64,000 nt of DNA from Podargus strigoides (Eukaryota): positions 14,336,861-14,400,860 of the forward strand of contig CM051638.1 in the NCBI GenBank assembly GCA_028020825.1, given 5' to 3'. Below are positions 1 through 10,940 of the stretch, one piece after another (position 1 is the first letter of the stretch; the number at the start of each line of letters is the position of its first letter). The position numbers and the translations under genes are program-made. Under the pieces are notes generated by a model that saw only the letters and a list, made by a program, of their open reading frames with translations, did not search any database and was not told the DNA's origin.

Positions 1-231
1 TATTGTCTGATGTGGAGCTGATGTCTGTCACCACTTTAGCTCTAGAATTACTCTGAGGCCCCAGGGACTCCCATTTCCTTCAGCTGTGTCCTTGGAGCTT
101 TTCCAGGCTGGGGAATGCAGTTCCTGTCACACGTTCCAGCCCAGCGTAAGGAGAAGGGGGTACAGTGTGGGTTTTGGAAATGTTGTGGTATAGTTCTTGG
201 CTTCATACTGGATGTTCCTGGAGGTGCTTTT

Positions 232-790
232 GACACACGGAAAAGACTCTAACTCTCGTAAAGTTATAAAGTAGGTATGTTTATTCAGCGCCGGGTGCAA
301 GGGGGATCGCTCCTCCGAACTTGCACACTTGGGGGACCAAAGGGTGCTTCTTTTATGGCACTAAGTAATACATATTCATGAGGAGTGTATCATAAACATT
401 ACATCATTGTATCAGGTCATTATAATATTCCACGCCTCTTACTCCGCCTGGTCACGCCTGCGCAGTGCTCCCTGGTGGTCCTCTTCGGGGGTCTCGGGAG
501 GAAGGCTCTAAGTCTTCCTCAGTTGGCTGTGCATGCTCTGTGGGCCTCTGGCTCTTCTCCAGGCTCGAATGCTCGACCTTTCCCCCTTATCAGAAGGAGC
601 AGGAGCCTTTCTCCCCTTTCCCAATGGCCTCCTTCTAATCAGCGGCCTGTAGCACCTGTTTTGTCTAGCAAGCAAGGTCTTCAAGCGGGAGAGGCAAGAT
701 TACATACTTTACATACTTTCCAAGCAAGAGCTGCATATTTCTCTAATTAAACTATTTCTATTAACTCTTTTTTCCCCCCCCCCGTATCAG
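232..790 (-). mobile_element. Putative 3' LTR of minus-strand ERV-A; boundaries uncertain, the element may continue to the window edge
   Basis: It lies immediately downstream (minus sense) of the env stop at 860. A polypurine tract AAAAGGGGGG is seen on the minus strand at 792-801, followed by a G10 run at 774-783. A minus-strand AATAAA is at 271-276. No coding signal. Confidence 0.35.
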
Positions 791-859
791 TCCCCCCTTT
801 TCTACAGAGTTAGTAAATTCTTTTACTAATACAGAAATTCTTTATCTAGTAATCTATTT

Positions 860-2040
860 CTACAATTCTATGACTCTATGGTTTCGAAAGGTATCTCTCA
901 GTGCCTTCCCATGTGCATTAGATACAGAAATTAGGATGGCCAGTTGCTGTAACATTCTCCAATTCAAGACACACAATATTACAGAGAACACAAAGCTAAG
1001 TAAAACCAATATTAGAAGCACAACAATAGGGTGTAACATTGTATTCAGGATACCAGTTGCAGTAGGTGACCATCCAAAAAGTACATCCCACCAATTATGG
1101 CTTGCATATTGTTTTACCCTTTTTAAAATTCTGTTTATTTGTTTTGTATCATGATAAACTGTTATCAAAGTTTTCTTCCCATTTTCTTGGACCTCTTCCA
1201 AAATTTTGATCAAATCTTGGTGCTTTACCAGTTGTCTTATTAATGTCAGATTCATTCCAATAGGTACAGGTAATAATTTGTGAAACATTGTATAATTGGA
1301 TCTTATTAATTGGTGGGATACGACTGGTGCTAAGTAAGAGAAGTCACACCCGAGAATTTTAACAAAATTGCAAATACAAAAGAACGATTCTTGCTATCTA
1401 TCATTGTTTCATCTATCACTATAGAAGCACAAGCAGTTCTCAAACATGCACAACCTTGACCAATATATACAAGTACAGTCTTTTGACTGATATTTGGATG
1501 GATCTCAAAGTGACAAATGCCTTGCTCAGTATCAAGGTAAATGTCTTGGGCATCAATTGTATTACCTTCACAAATAAACCCTTGTTGTTTTCGTGTAACA
1601 CAAGATTCTAAATTTACAGTCTGCCACTTCTTGTTTGCTCTCTGTGCCCATGCCCTGTGCTCAGAAGGATAGAGCAGTTTTATCATGGTTTAATCCTAGT
1701 GCAGTGATGGGGTGGATTGTGTATATTGAGGCGTTACGTATGGTTAACACAAAAGTCGTGGCCACATTAGTAATAGGGTTGTAGGTGAAATTTCCTCGGG
1801 TCCACCAAGCTTGGAGCTTCCTTTCTACATCGGTGGCGTTGTCCCAGACAGCTTTTCGAATTTCAATGGGGAAAATGCCCTCACTGCCTTCTCTTATAAT
1901 TAAGGCGGCCAGTGATTGTATCCATAATTGTGCCTGCATACAACCGAGAGCCAAAGATATATTATTTTGGGCTACACCAAGTGCATTTATTATTATTTGG
2001 TGGTATTATTATTATTTATTATTATCAAACTACAATTGAG
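860..2040 (-). pseudogene. env: ERV-A env remnant with frameshifts. SU pieces map to 1330-1954 and TM to 860-1288.
   Basis: The TM ORF 860..1288 contains a hydrophobic membrane-spanning segment (IVVLLILVLLSFVFSVILCVL). The upstream ORFs 1330..1686 and 1661..1954 are Cys- and N-glyc-rich and SU-like. It sits directly downstream of an integrase C-terminus, as in a provirus. Confidence 0.55.
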
Positions 2041-2212
2041 AGATTTAAACCTGTTCAATAATAGCCTTCCCCCATAGACCCAGTATACCGATTAAATGCT
2101 TGGGACCAAGGCCATTCAGTACCACTCTGACTAAAGGTGTTTCCCCATCCCTGGATCATAATTATGATCGTGAGGAAGATAGTTTTCCCATTTGGACTTG
2201 CGTAACTCTCCA

Positions 2213-2480
2213 TTAGGATTTATGAGCTTTCTTCACTCTGGTGTGATGGATCCATGCCTTTTGTTCTCTGATCTTGATTGCAGTGAAGGAGGTAAGAAGC
2301 ACCTGGAAAGGGCCTTCCCACAGTGGTTCTAAAGTTTTTTCTGAAAGAGATTTTACATATACATAATCTCCAGGTTGTATGTTATGTACTGGCCCATCTA
2401 GGCCTCTACTTCGAGTACCAGCCACATGTTTTTCAATTTTCCTGAGCTGTTTTCTCAGTGCCACCATGTAGGAGGTCATA
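2213..2480 (-). pseudogene. pol: ERV-A integrase C-terminal (SH3-like) domain, gamma-retrovirus-like
   Basis: The ORF 2213..2575 C-terminal part reads LRKQLRKIEKHVAGTRSRGLDGPVHNIQPGDYVYVKSLSEKTLEPLWEGPFQVLLTSFTAIKIREQKAWIHHTRVKKA. This matches the MLV-type IN C-terminus pattern GD.V.V....LEP.W.GP..VLLT...A.K....AWIH...VK.A. Confidence 0.6.
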
Positions 2481-4610
2481 ATTTCATCTCCACATAGCTT
2501 GGTGTCGTCGGCAAACTTGCTGAGGGTGCACTTGATGCCACTGTCCATGTTGCCAACAAAGATCTTAAACAGCACCAGTCACTGTCCCGATCCCTGAGGG
2601 ACACCACTTGTCACTGGTCTCCACTTGGACATCGAGCCATTGACCATAACCCTTTGTGTGTGACCTTCCAGCCAATTCCTTATCCACCAGGTGGTCCATC
2701 CATCAAATCCATGTCTTTCCAACTTGGAGACAAGGATGTAATGCGGGACAGTTTTAAAGGCCTTGCACAGGTCTGGGTAGATGACGTCAGTTGCTCTTCA
2801 CTTGTCTATTGATGCTGTTACTCCATCATAAAAGGCCACCAAATTTGCCAGGCAGGATTTTCCCTTGGTGAAGCCATGCTGATTGCCACCAATCACCTCC
2901 ACATTTTCCATGAGCCTTCAGGAGGATCTGTTCCATGATCTTGCCAGGCACAGAGGTGAGACTGACTGGCCTGTAGTTTCCTGGATCTTTCTTTTTTCCC
3001 TTTTTGAAAATGGGGCGATGTGCCCACTGACTGGAAAAGGGCAAACTTCACCAGACTGCCATCACCTCTCAAATATGATGGAAAGTGGCCTAACAACTTC
3101 ATCTGCCAGTTCCTGTGGGACTGTGGATGGATCTCATCAGGTCCCATGGACTTGTACACCTTCAGGTTCTTTAGATGGTCTTGAACCTGATCTTCACTAA
3201 CAGTGGGCGGATTTTCCTTCTCCCAGTCTCCGCCTTCGGCTTCTACAACTTGGGCAGTGTGCCTGGAGCCCTTGTTGGTGAAGACTGAGGCAAAGAAGTC
3301 ATTGAGAACCTCAGCCTTCTCCATATCCTTTGTGACTAGTTCTCCCATTCCCATCTGGAGAGGGCCCACACCTTCCCTAGCCTTCCTCTTATCACTTGGA
3401 TGCCTATAAAAGTTTTTCTTGTTCCCCTTGATGTCCCTGGCTAGACTTAATTCTGTCTGGGTTTTAGCTTTCCTAACCTGATCCCTGGCTGCTTGGACAA
3501 CTTCCTTGTGTTCTTCCCAGTCTACCTGTGCTTTCTTCCACTTTCTGTAAATTATCATCTTGTCTTTAAGTGTGCCCAGGAGCTTCTTGTTCATCCACAC
3601 AGATCTCCTGGCATTCTTGCCTGCCTTCCTCCTTTTTGGAACACATTGCTCCTGGGCTTGGAGGAGGTGGTCCTTGAATATGGGCCAGCTTTCTTGGGCC
3701 CTCTTCCCTTCAGGGCTTCATTCCATGGTATTCCACCAAGCAGATCCCTGAAGAGGTCAAGGTCTGCTCTCCTGAAAGTCCAGGGTAGTGAGCTTGCTGC
3801 ACATTCTCCTTGTTGCCCTGAGGATCTTGAATTCTAACATTTTGTTGTCACTGCAGCCAAGACTGCCCTTCAGCTTCACATTGGCCACCAGCCCCTCCTT
3901 CTTGGTGAGAACAAGGTCCAACATTGCACCCCTTCTTGTCGGTTCCTCTAGCACCTAGAGAAGGAAGTTGTCATCTATGCACTCCAGGAATCTCCTGGAT
4001 TGCTGGCGCCCTGCTGTGCCATCCTTCCAACAGATATCCGGGTGATTGAAGTCTCCCATGAGGACCAGGGCTTGTGAATGCGAAGCCTCTCCTATCTGTC
4101 TGTAGAGGGCCTCATCTGCTTGGTCATCCTAGTTGGTGACCTGTAGCAGACCCCCACTATGATATCACCTTCCCCTGCCTTTCCTCTAACCCTGACCTGA
4201 CCCGTAAGCTCTCAGTTAGCTCCTCATTCATTCCCAGGTCAAGCTCTGTGGATTCCAGCTGGTCCTTGACATAGAGGGCAACACCCCCTCCTCTTCTTCC
4301 CTGCCTATCTTTCCTAAAGAGCCTGTACCCATCTATTCCTACGCTCCAGTCATAGGAGCCATCCTACCACGTCTCAGTGATGCCTATAACATCATAACCT
4401 TGTAGATGTGCACACATCTCTAGCTCCTCTTGTTTGTTCCCCATGCTCCGTACATTTGCATAGAGGCATTTAAGTGGGGCCCCCATTGAAGCCAACTTAC
4501 CAATGATCAGAGATGATCCAAGCGCTGGAGCACCTCTGCCCTGGGGACAGGCTGAGAGAGTTGGGGCTGTTCTGCACGCACGATACACAATAACCACACA
4601 TCTCACCTTT
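2480..4610 (-). mobile_element. CR1 LINE internal fragment (CR1-A): ORF2 from the endonuclease N-terminus to the RT FADD motif, truncated at both ends
   Basis: Minus-strand ORFs support it. 4364..4606 reads [19 protein letters not shown] (EN N-terminus). 3757..3954 is EN C-terminal. 2893..3600 is the RT N-terminal region. 2826..3044 reads [22 protein letters not shown]. The 2575 end carries [10 protein letters not shown]. All are colinear with the full-length CR1 ORF2 at 13.5-16.3 kb. Confidence 0.8.
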
Positions 4611-5174
4611 CAGTTTCAAATGAGTTTTACTTTTCCATTATATTAGTGCTGCTTTTATATGAAAGTTCCAGTTATACAATGTAATTATAGAACAGGAATG
4701 TTTAGCTAATGTATTACAGTAGTAAAAAGTTTGGAAAAGATCAAGCAGAGCACTGCTCTTGGCTTTAAAAAAAACCCCAGAGCACTCAGCCTTCTTCCTG
4801 CAGGCTGGATCCAGCCCCTAGGACTGTTCCACATCCACCTCTGGTTTGAGCCTCTCTATTCCTCCTACCCTAAGGCAGCTGCACAGCTACCAAGCATAGA
4901 ATGGTTTGACTTGGAAGGGACCTCAAAGATCATCCAGTTCCAATTTGCTACCTATATGGCTAGCAATTGTAGCTAGCAAATTTCAGTCTTTTGCAGTCTT
5001 ATTTCAATGGGATAACTCATTAAAAGACCAACTAACGTGTGCTTGAATGGCTCTTTTTGCCGCACTCGCAACCCAAAACTGTCTGGACTATCAATGAGAT
5101 GTATTCCAAACTTATCATCAAGGGAAGGGAACGACTGCAAGTCCTAGATGGCTGTGATCCACAGATAATTTGCA

Positions 5175-5818
5175 CAGATAATTTGCAGGATGACCATAAG
5201 TCAGCAATGTGCCCTTGTGGCCAAGAAGGCCAATGGCATGCTGGGGTGTAGTAGAAAGGGGGTGTTTAGTAGGTCAAGAGAGGTTCTCCTCCCCCTCTAC
5301 TCCGCCCTGGTGAGGCCGCATCTGGAGTATTGTGTCCAGTTCTGGGCCCCCCAGTTCAAGAAGGACAGGGAACTACTTGAGAGAGTCCAGCGCAGAGCCA
5401 CAGAGATGATGGAGTGGAACATCTCCCTTATGAGGAAAGGCTGAGGGAGCTGGGTCTCTTCAGCTTGGAGGAGACTGAGGGGTGACCTCATTAATGTTTA
5501 TAAATATGTCAAGGGTGAGTGTCATGAGGATGGAGCCAGGTTCTTCTCAGTGACATCCAATGATAGGACAAGGGGCAATGGGTGCAAGCTGGAACATAGG
5601 AGGTTCTGCATAAATGTGAGGAAGAACTTCTTCCCAGTGAGGGTGACAGAGTACTGGCACAGGCTGCCCAGAGAGGTTGTGGAGTCTCCTTCACTGGAGA
5701 CATTCAAAACCCGCCTGGACATGTTCCTATGTGACCTGACCTAGGTGTTCCTGCTCTGGCAGGGGGATTGGACTAGATGATCTTCTGAGGTCCCTCCCAG
5801 TCCCTGACATTCTGTGAT
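5175..5818 (+). mobile_element. CR1 LINE 3' fragment (CR1-B): ORF2 C-terminus plus 3' tail
   Basis: ORF 5190..5444 reads [16 protein letters not shown]...[32 protein letters not shown] 5550..5744 reads [53 protein letters not shown]. It ends in the CR1 tail cattctgtgatcc at about 5806-5818. Confidence 0.8.
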
Positions 5819-6960
5819 CCCAGCAACAACAGAAAATTTGAATTGGCTAATGACCGAGGACATTAACTTTCAGGCTGCCCTTGCTGATTATGCTGGTGAG
5901 CTTTCCATTCACTACCCAAAACATCGTCTCCGGACGGAGATTGGTAACTTGCCTTTAGCTGCCACAAACCACTGTCAGAAAACTCCTGTAGACGGTCCCA
6001 CTGTCTTCACAGATGCATCTGGTCGATCACAGAAGGCAGCAATAACATGGCAAGATCCAGAGACCAAGCAATGGAAACGACACGTGCAGACTATAAATCA
6101 TCATTCAGTGCAAGTGACAGAGTTAACTGCAATCTGTCTTGTTTTTGAATTATTTCCAACTGCACACACATTGTAACTGATTCCAGTTATGCAGCGGGGA
6201 TTGTTACTCTCTTAGAAGCGTCTTTTCTTTGGGAGGTGACTAACCCTTTTTTATTTACAGAATTGCGAACATTGTGGTTTCTTTTAAACCATAGACATGC
6301 TAACTATTTTATTTTACATGTACGATCCCACACAGATCTCCCAGGGCCCATAGCTGAGGGCAATCGAAGAGCAGATGCAGCAGCCATGTCAGCAGTAGTT
6401 CCAAAAGTTCTTAAGCAAGCTCAACTGTCACGTTCCTTTTTTCACCAGAATGCAAGAGCCTTAAAGCGACAGTTTCGTTTAACAATGAATCAAACCAGGG
6501 ACATTATGTCCTGTCCTGATTGTAAACATTTTGCCCCTCTTCCTTCAAAGGAAGGGGCGAACCCTCATGGTTTGATAGCCAACGAGCTATGGCAATCAGA
6601 TGTCACACACATTGCAGAATTTGGTTGTCAAAAATATGTTCATGTTATTGTTGATACCCACTCCAAATTTATTGTCCTTACAGCTCATGCAGGTGAAAAG
6701 GCACGGGATGTCTGTAAACACTGGCTGTCCTGTTTTGCTGTCTTAGGTGTTCCTAGTTGTATAAAAACTGACAATGGCCCTGCTTATTGTTCTGTGTGAG
6801 TGCGCACATTCCTCAGTGAATGGGGGGTGTCTCATACCACTGGCATACCTCACTCCCCGGTGGGACAAGCTATTGTAGAGCATGCACATCTTACCTTGAA
6901 AAACATGCTCTCTAAACAAAAGAAGGGGGAGACTCTCCAGCCCACAAGACAGACTTTGGA
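5814..6960 (+). pseudogene. pol: ERV-B pol remnant: RNase H (5814-6180) and integrase zinc-finger plus DDE core (6236-6960). It is 5'-truncated exactly at the CR1-B 3' terminus.
   Basis: ORF 5814..6176 has the RNase H motifs VFTDASGRS..AAITW...TELTAI. ORF 6236..6799 has an HHCC motif (H..H....C..C) and the DDE core (WQSDVTH...IKTDNGPAY). The continuation GIPHSPVGQAIVEHAHLTLKNML appears in another frame to about 6960. Confidence 0.75.
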
Positions 6961-6999
6961 AAGCACTGTATGTTCTTAATTTTTTTGAATTGTGATGAA

Positions 7000-8513
7000 A
7001 CAGGGAGAAGTGGATTTGAGCATCAACAATACAACTGGGGTGTTGGGTCCTCATAAACCCTCAGTGTTAGTCAAGGACTTAACCATGGGGCGTTGGACTG
7101 GGCCCATGGACCTTATAACATGGGGGAGGGGATATGCTTGTGTTTCCACAGGTTCAGAAGCGCAGTGGATTCCTTCCTGCTGTGTGTGACCTTATGTTGT
7201 CTCCGCCATTGCAAGCGGAGTGCCACTCAGACTTGGAGGAGGAATGCTGAACCAACAAAATGTGTGGCTCACCTTGGCCAATGAAATACATTCTGAAACA
7301 CTGTGTATCTCCCTTGCCACACCCACAGATCCATTCCGTACCTGTTTGGTAGGGGTTCAGCTCAATGTGTCACAACTGGGTTCCCTGTACCATTGTACAT
7401 ACCTGGAATCCTGCAGCCTTTATGGTGGTGTAACAAAAGGTGGCGACACACAGCAGGGGAAAGTTCTACATGGTATAAAAACCTTCTTTTTAAAATGGGT
7501 GATTTTCCAGTATTGCCTCTTGAACCCCAGGAGTTAGATTTATTAGGAACCATACAAGCAGCAAACTGCTTTTTTCTTATTCGTTCAGTTTTTCAGGATA
7601 ATGGACCAAGTGGTGATGTATCCCCTCAGGGATTATATTCAAATACATCTGCCTGGTGTAATGACACAAGTATTGGGCCAGTTATAACAGGGCCAGGTCC
7701 AATTGGCTTGCCTAACAATTATTTTCTGATTTGCAGACAGAGTCTGGAAGGGAATCCCTAGTAGAGCGGTGGGAGGTCCTTGCACATTTGGCCAACTAAC
7801 CATTTTCCACCCAGAACACATGTTCATAAACAAGACTATACGCCACAGAGTTAGCAGATCAGTACATTCTTTGGCCCAGAATGTGATTCGAATGTACAAT
7901 TTTGGAATCATCCAGAGATTTTTTTGCAAGTATTTTTGCCCATGTAGGAACAGCACATACATTATCAACATTAAATAAATTAGGCTGTTGGCTTGCAAAA
8001 GTGGCTAATGCAACTAGCTCGGCTCTTACTGCACTGTTAGCTGATGTTGATTCTGTAAGGCATGCAACTTTGCAAAATCAAGCGGCTATAGATTTTTTTC
8101 TCTTAGCTCAAGGACATGGTTGTCAAGAATTTGATAGGTTGTGCTGCATGAACCGTAGTCACCACTCAGAATCTATCCATTCCAGCATTCAGAAACTTAA
8201 GGTGTTAACTCAGCAGCTGAAAGAAAATGATGGAAGTGATTTGTGGGGATGGTTTTCATGGGTACAAGGACTTGGTTTTGGGCCTTGGATCAAGTGACTC
8301 TTGATCCTGGATGTTTTTATAGTGGGAGGGTTTTTCTTAATTCTGCTGTGTGTACCTTGCTTATTATGTGTACAGCTTATGATTAACAGTAGCCTAAACC
8401 ACATTACAGCCGTGCAAATTAATACTGTGTTAGTGCTAGAATATTTAAATAAAGAAGGGGGAGATGTAGAGAAGCAAGACAAAGACGAGATGGTGGGAAA
8501 GTATGGGAACTAA
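7000..8513 (+). pseudogene. env: ERV-B env remnant. The SU region (about 7000-7760) is degraded. The TM region (7902-8513) has a gamma-type immunosuppressive/CX6CC motif.
   Basis: ORF 7902..8297 reads ...LQNQAAIDFFLLAQGHGCQEFDRLCCMN... (a CX6CC motif). ORF 8301..8513 starts with the membrane anchor LDVFIVGGFFLILLCVPCLLCV. ORF 7303..7761 is Cys- and N-glyc-rich and SU-like. Confidence 0.65.
8448..8464 (+). other. ERV-B polypurine tract (AAATAAAGAAGGGGGAG) preceding the 3' LTR
   Basis: A purine run at the expected position at the end of env. It is followed by TG at 8465. Confidence 0.4.
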
Positions 8514-9120
8514 CTACGTGCGCTACGTGCATGGAGAAAAGAAGAAGAAACACTAAGAAGATACATTTGCCGTGTGGACAGCACGTGAACAAGAACCAGA
8601 TTGGAGAAGGTAGTGTGTGGACAAGAAGTGGATTGGTGGAAGCGACGTTTGCTTGTTAGCCTTAGAGTTGATAGGGTAGGAGAAGAAAACTGCTGAAACC
8701 AGGGAGTTGCTTGGCTATGAGACAATAGCTGTAGTAACAGTATAAATATGAGCTGGTAAACGGATTCTCTCTTTGCAACATTTGGAGGGTCCCAAACCCT
8801 TTGTTTTGGTTCTTTGGTTCTTTATTTTGTCACTAACACTTGTCACCCAGTCTTTAACTACTGTTCATTTGAGGCCTTGCTTTAGGACAGTGTACGTACT
8901 GATGTGTCTTGCTGATCCCTTGAACCCATACCCAGTTAAATTGGGGCCTGAATGAATTCTTTGGATTCATCTCTTTAGGATTTGTAGAAAAATTACTGAT
9001 TTACTGGATGATCATCCCACGTATAGCAGTGTTTAATGTCACAGTAGGGAACTGTAACCTAGAATAAATTCCGCTGACAAATGGATAATCAACCAACCGA
9101 TTCTTTTTTCAAAAAAAAAA
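8465..9120 (+). mobile_element. Putative ERV-B 3' LTR; 3' boundary uncertain
   Basis: It starts TGTAGAG after the polypurine tract. There is no coding signal. AATAAA is at 9063-9068. An A13 run at about 9108-9120 may mark the insertion boundary. Confidence 0.35.
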
Positions 9121-9335
9121 AAGGCAGGTTATATTGGATTGATGGAGAGAAACTGCACTGCTTTGCTGTGGCTCGTGAGGACAGGGGAGACTGGAGGTTT
9201 TGCTGACAGACCAGGACATGTGGTAAGGAATCCTCAACTAAATTTTACTTAATGGAAATCTTCAACTGAAAAAGTGTTTTCTCTCACCTGAGTGTATCTT
9301 ATCACCCACAGGTGTTGTGCAGAGCTGCAGTTTAA

Positions 9336-9740
9336 TTCATAGAATCACAGAACAGCCTTGGTTCGAAGAGACCTCTAAGATCACCCAGTCCAGCCATTAA
9401 CCCAGCACTGCCCAGTCACCACTACCCCATGTCCCTCAGCACCTCATCTACACGGCTCTGAAATCCCTCCAGGGATGGGGACTCTCCCACTGCCCTGGGC
9501 AGCCTGTTGCAATGTTTGATAACCCTTTCAGTGAAGAAATTTTTCCTTATGTCTAATCTAAACCTCCCCTGACATAACTTGAGGCCATTACCACTCCAAT
9601 TAATTACATGACTTACATTCATTGGAGGAAAAACAGGGTAGAGTTGCTGTAGAAGGCATGCTTGGGGGGCATGTATTGTGACATCCCACACTGCAGTCAG
9701 TAGCTGTTCCTGACATGTCTCTGGTTCCCAAAACACCACT
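9336..9740 (-). mobile_element. CR1 LINE 3' fragment (CR1-C)
   Basis: The minus ORF 9422..9739 ends ...[48 protein letters not shown]. The plus strand at 9336-9356 reads catagaatcacagaac, the reverse complement of the CR1 (ATTCTRTG) tail. Confidence 0.8.
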
Positions 9741-9782
9741 CAAATGGTTTCTTACACAGCCACTGTTGTGGTTTGACCTTGG

Positions 9783-10560
9783 TTAAACGCCAGGTACCCA
9801 CCAAGTCGCTCTATCACTTCCCACCCCACCCCTGCCTTTTCTCAGCAGGTCAAAAAGGGGGGTAAGATAGGAAAAAAACAACCCTTGTGGGTAAAACAAA
9901 AGTGGTTTTAATGTAAGCAAAGCAAGGTCGGTGCATGGAAGCAAAAAAGAAAATAGATTTATACTTCCCATTAGCAGGTGATGTGGGGCCTTCTCGGGAA
10001 GCAGGGCTGCAATACACATAGTGGTTGCCTTGGAGGACCAAGGATGACCCCACCCCCCTTCCTCCTTTTTCCTAGCTTTATACTTGAGCAGACATCATAT
10101 GGTATGGAATATCCCTTTGGTCAGTTCGGGTCAGCTGTCCTGGTTGTGTCCCCTCCCAAGATCTTGCCCACCCCATCCCACTGGGGGAGGAAATGTTGGA
10201 AGGAGCCTTGGTGCTGTGTAAACACTACTCAGCAGTAGCCACAACACCAGTGTGTTATCAACACCCTTCTAGCTCCCAACACAGAACACAGCACCATGAG
10301 GGCTGCTATAGGGGAAAAATCAATTTTAGCTCAGCTAGACCCAGTACAGTCTCCACCCCTTATTCCATACCATTTACATCATGCCCAGGTCCCACATAAT
10401 ACTCATTCATTCCATCATATTTAGTTCTCATCACTGAAATTCCTTCTTGCTAGCACATCTTAATCTACATACTTGGACCATATTCATAGCCAACATGCAG
10501 GTTAATACACTCTCATTAACTACTGTCCCCTGTCCTTTAACAGATAAATAGTATCTCTCC
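9783..10560. repeat. Unassigned LTR-like block
   Basis: It is non-coding, with a polypurine-like AAAAAGGGGGG at 9852-9862 and an avian-LTR-like motif tatggaatatccctttggtcagttcgggtcagctgtcctgg at about 10100-10140. Orientation and family are not determinable from sequence alone. Confidence 0.25.
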
Positions 10561-10940
10561 ATTCCGTGGGCTTTCTTCACTCCTCCAGATGTTCAATGAC
10601 TTGGCCCCCATCTGTCAAGATGAATGTTCAGGACAGGAGCAGTATGTTTGTTGGACACCAGCACCGGCTAGGTGTGGGTCATCATTGCACGCATCTGGTT
10701 CTTTGCGGAATTCACTCTTTGTTGTTCATGTTGTTCCTCTTTCCTCCATCACTTCCTGCAACATACAACTCACACCACAGATTATTTTCACCCCAAGGTT
10801 AGATCTCCTTGAGGCACACACTGAGTATCCCCATCCTCCTGCATTACCCACCAAGTACACCCAGGTCCCTGAGCAAAAACAATCCCATGAGTGGGCTTGC
10901 CTTTTCCCAAGGGAGGAGCAATCCACACTGCCTTCCCCAG

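Noticed and set aside
385-750. ORF 385..750(+) of 121 aa.
   Set aside because: It lies within the putative ERV-A LTR. The translation is Ser/Leu/Pro-rich with no conserved motifs.
4950-4990. Inverted repeat GCTAGCAATTGTAGCTAGC.
   Set aside because: It is a short palindrome in an AT-rich spacer between two CR1 fragments. It is too short, and sits in too uninformative a context, to call as a functional element.
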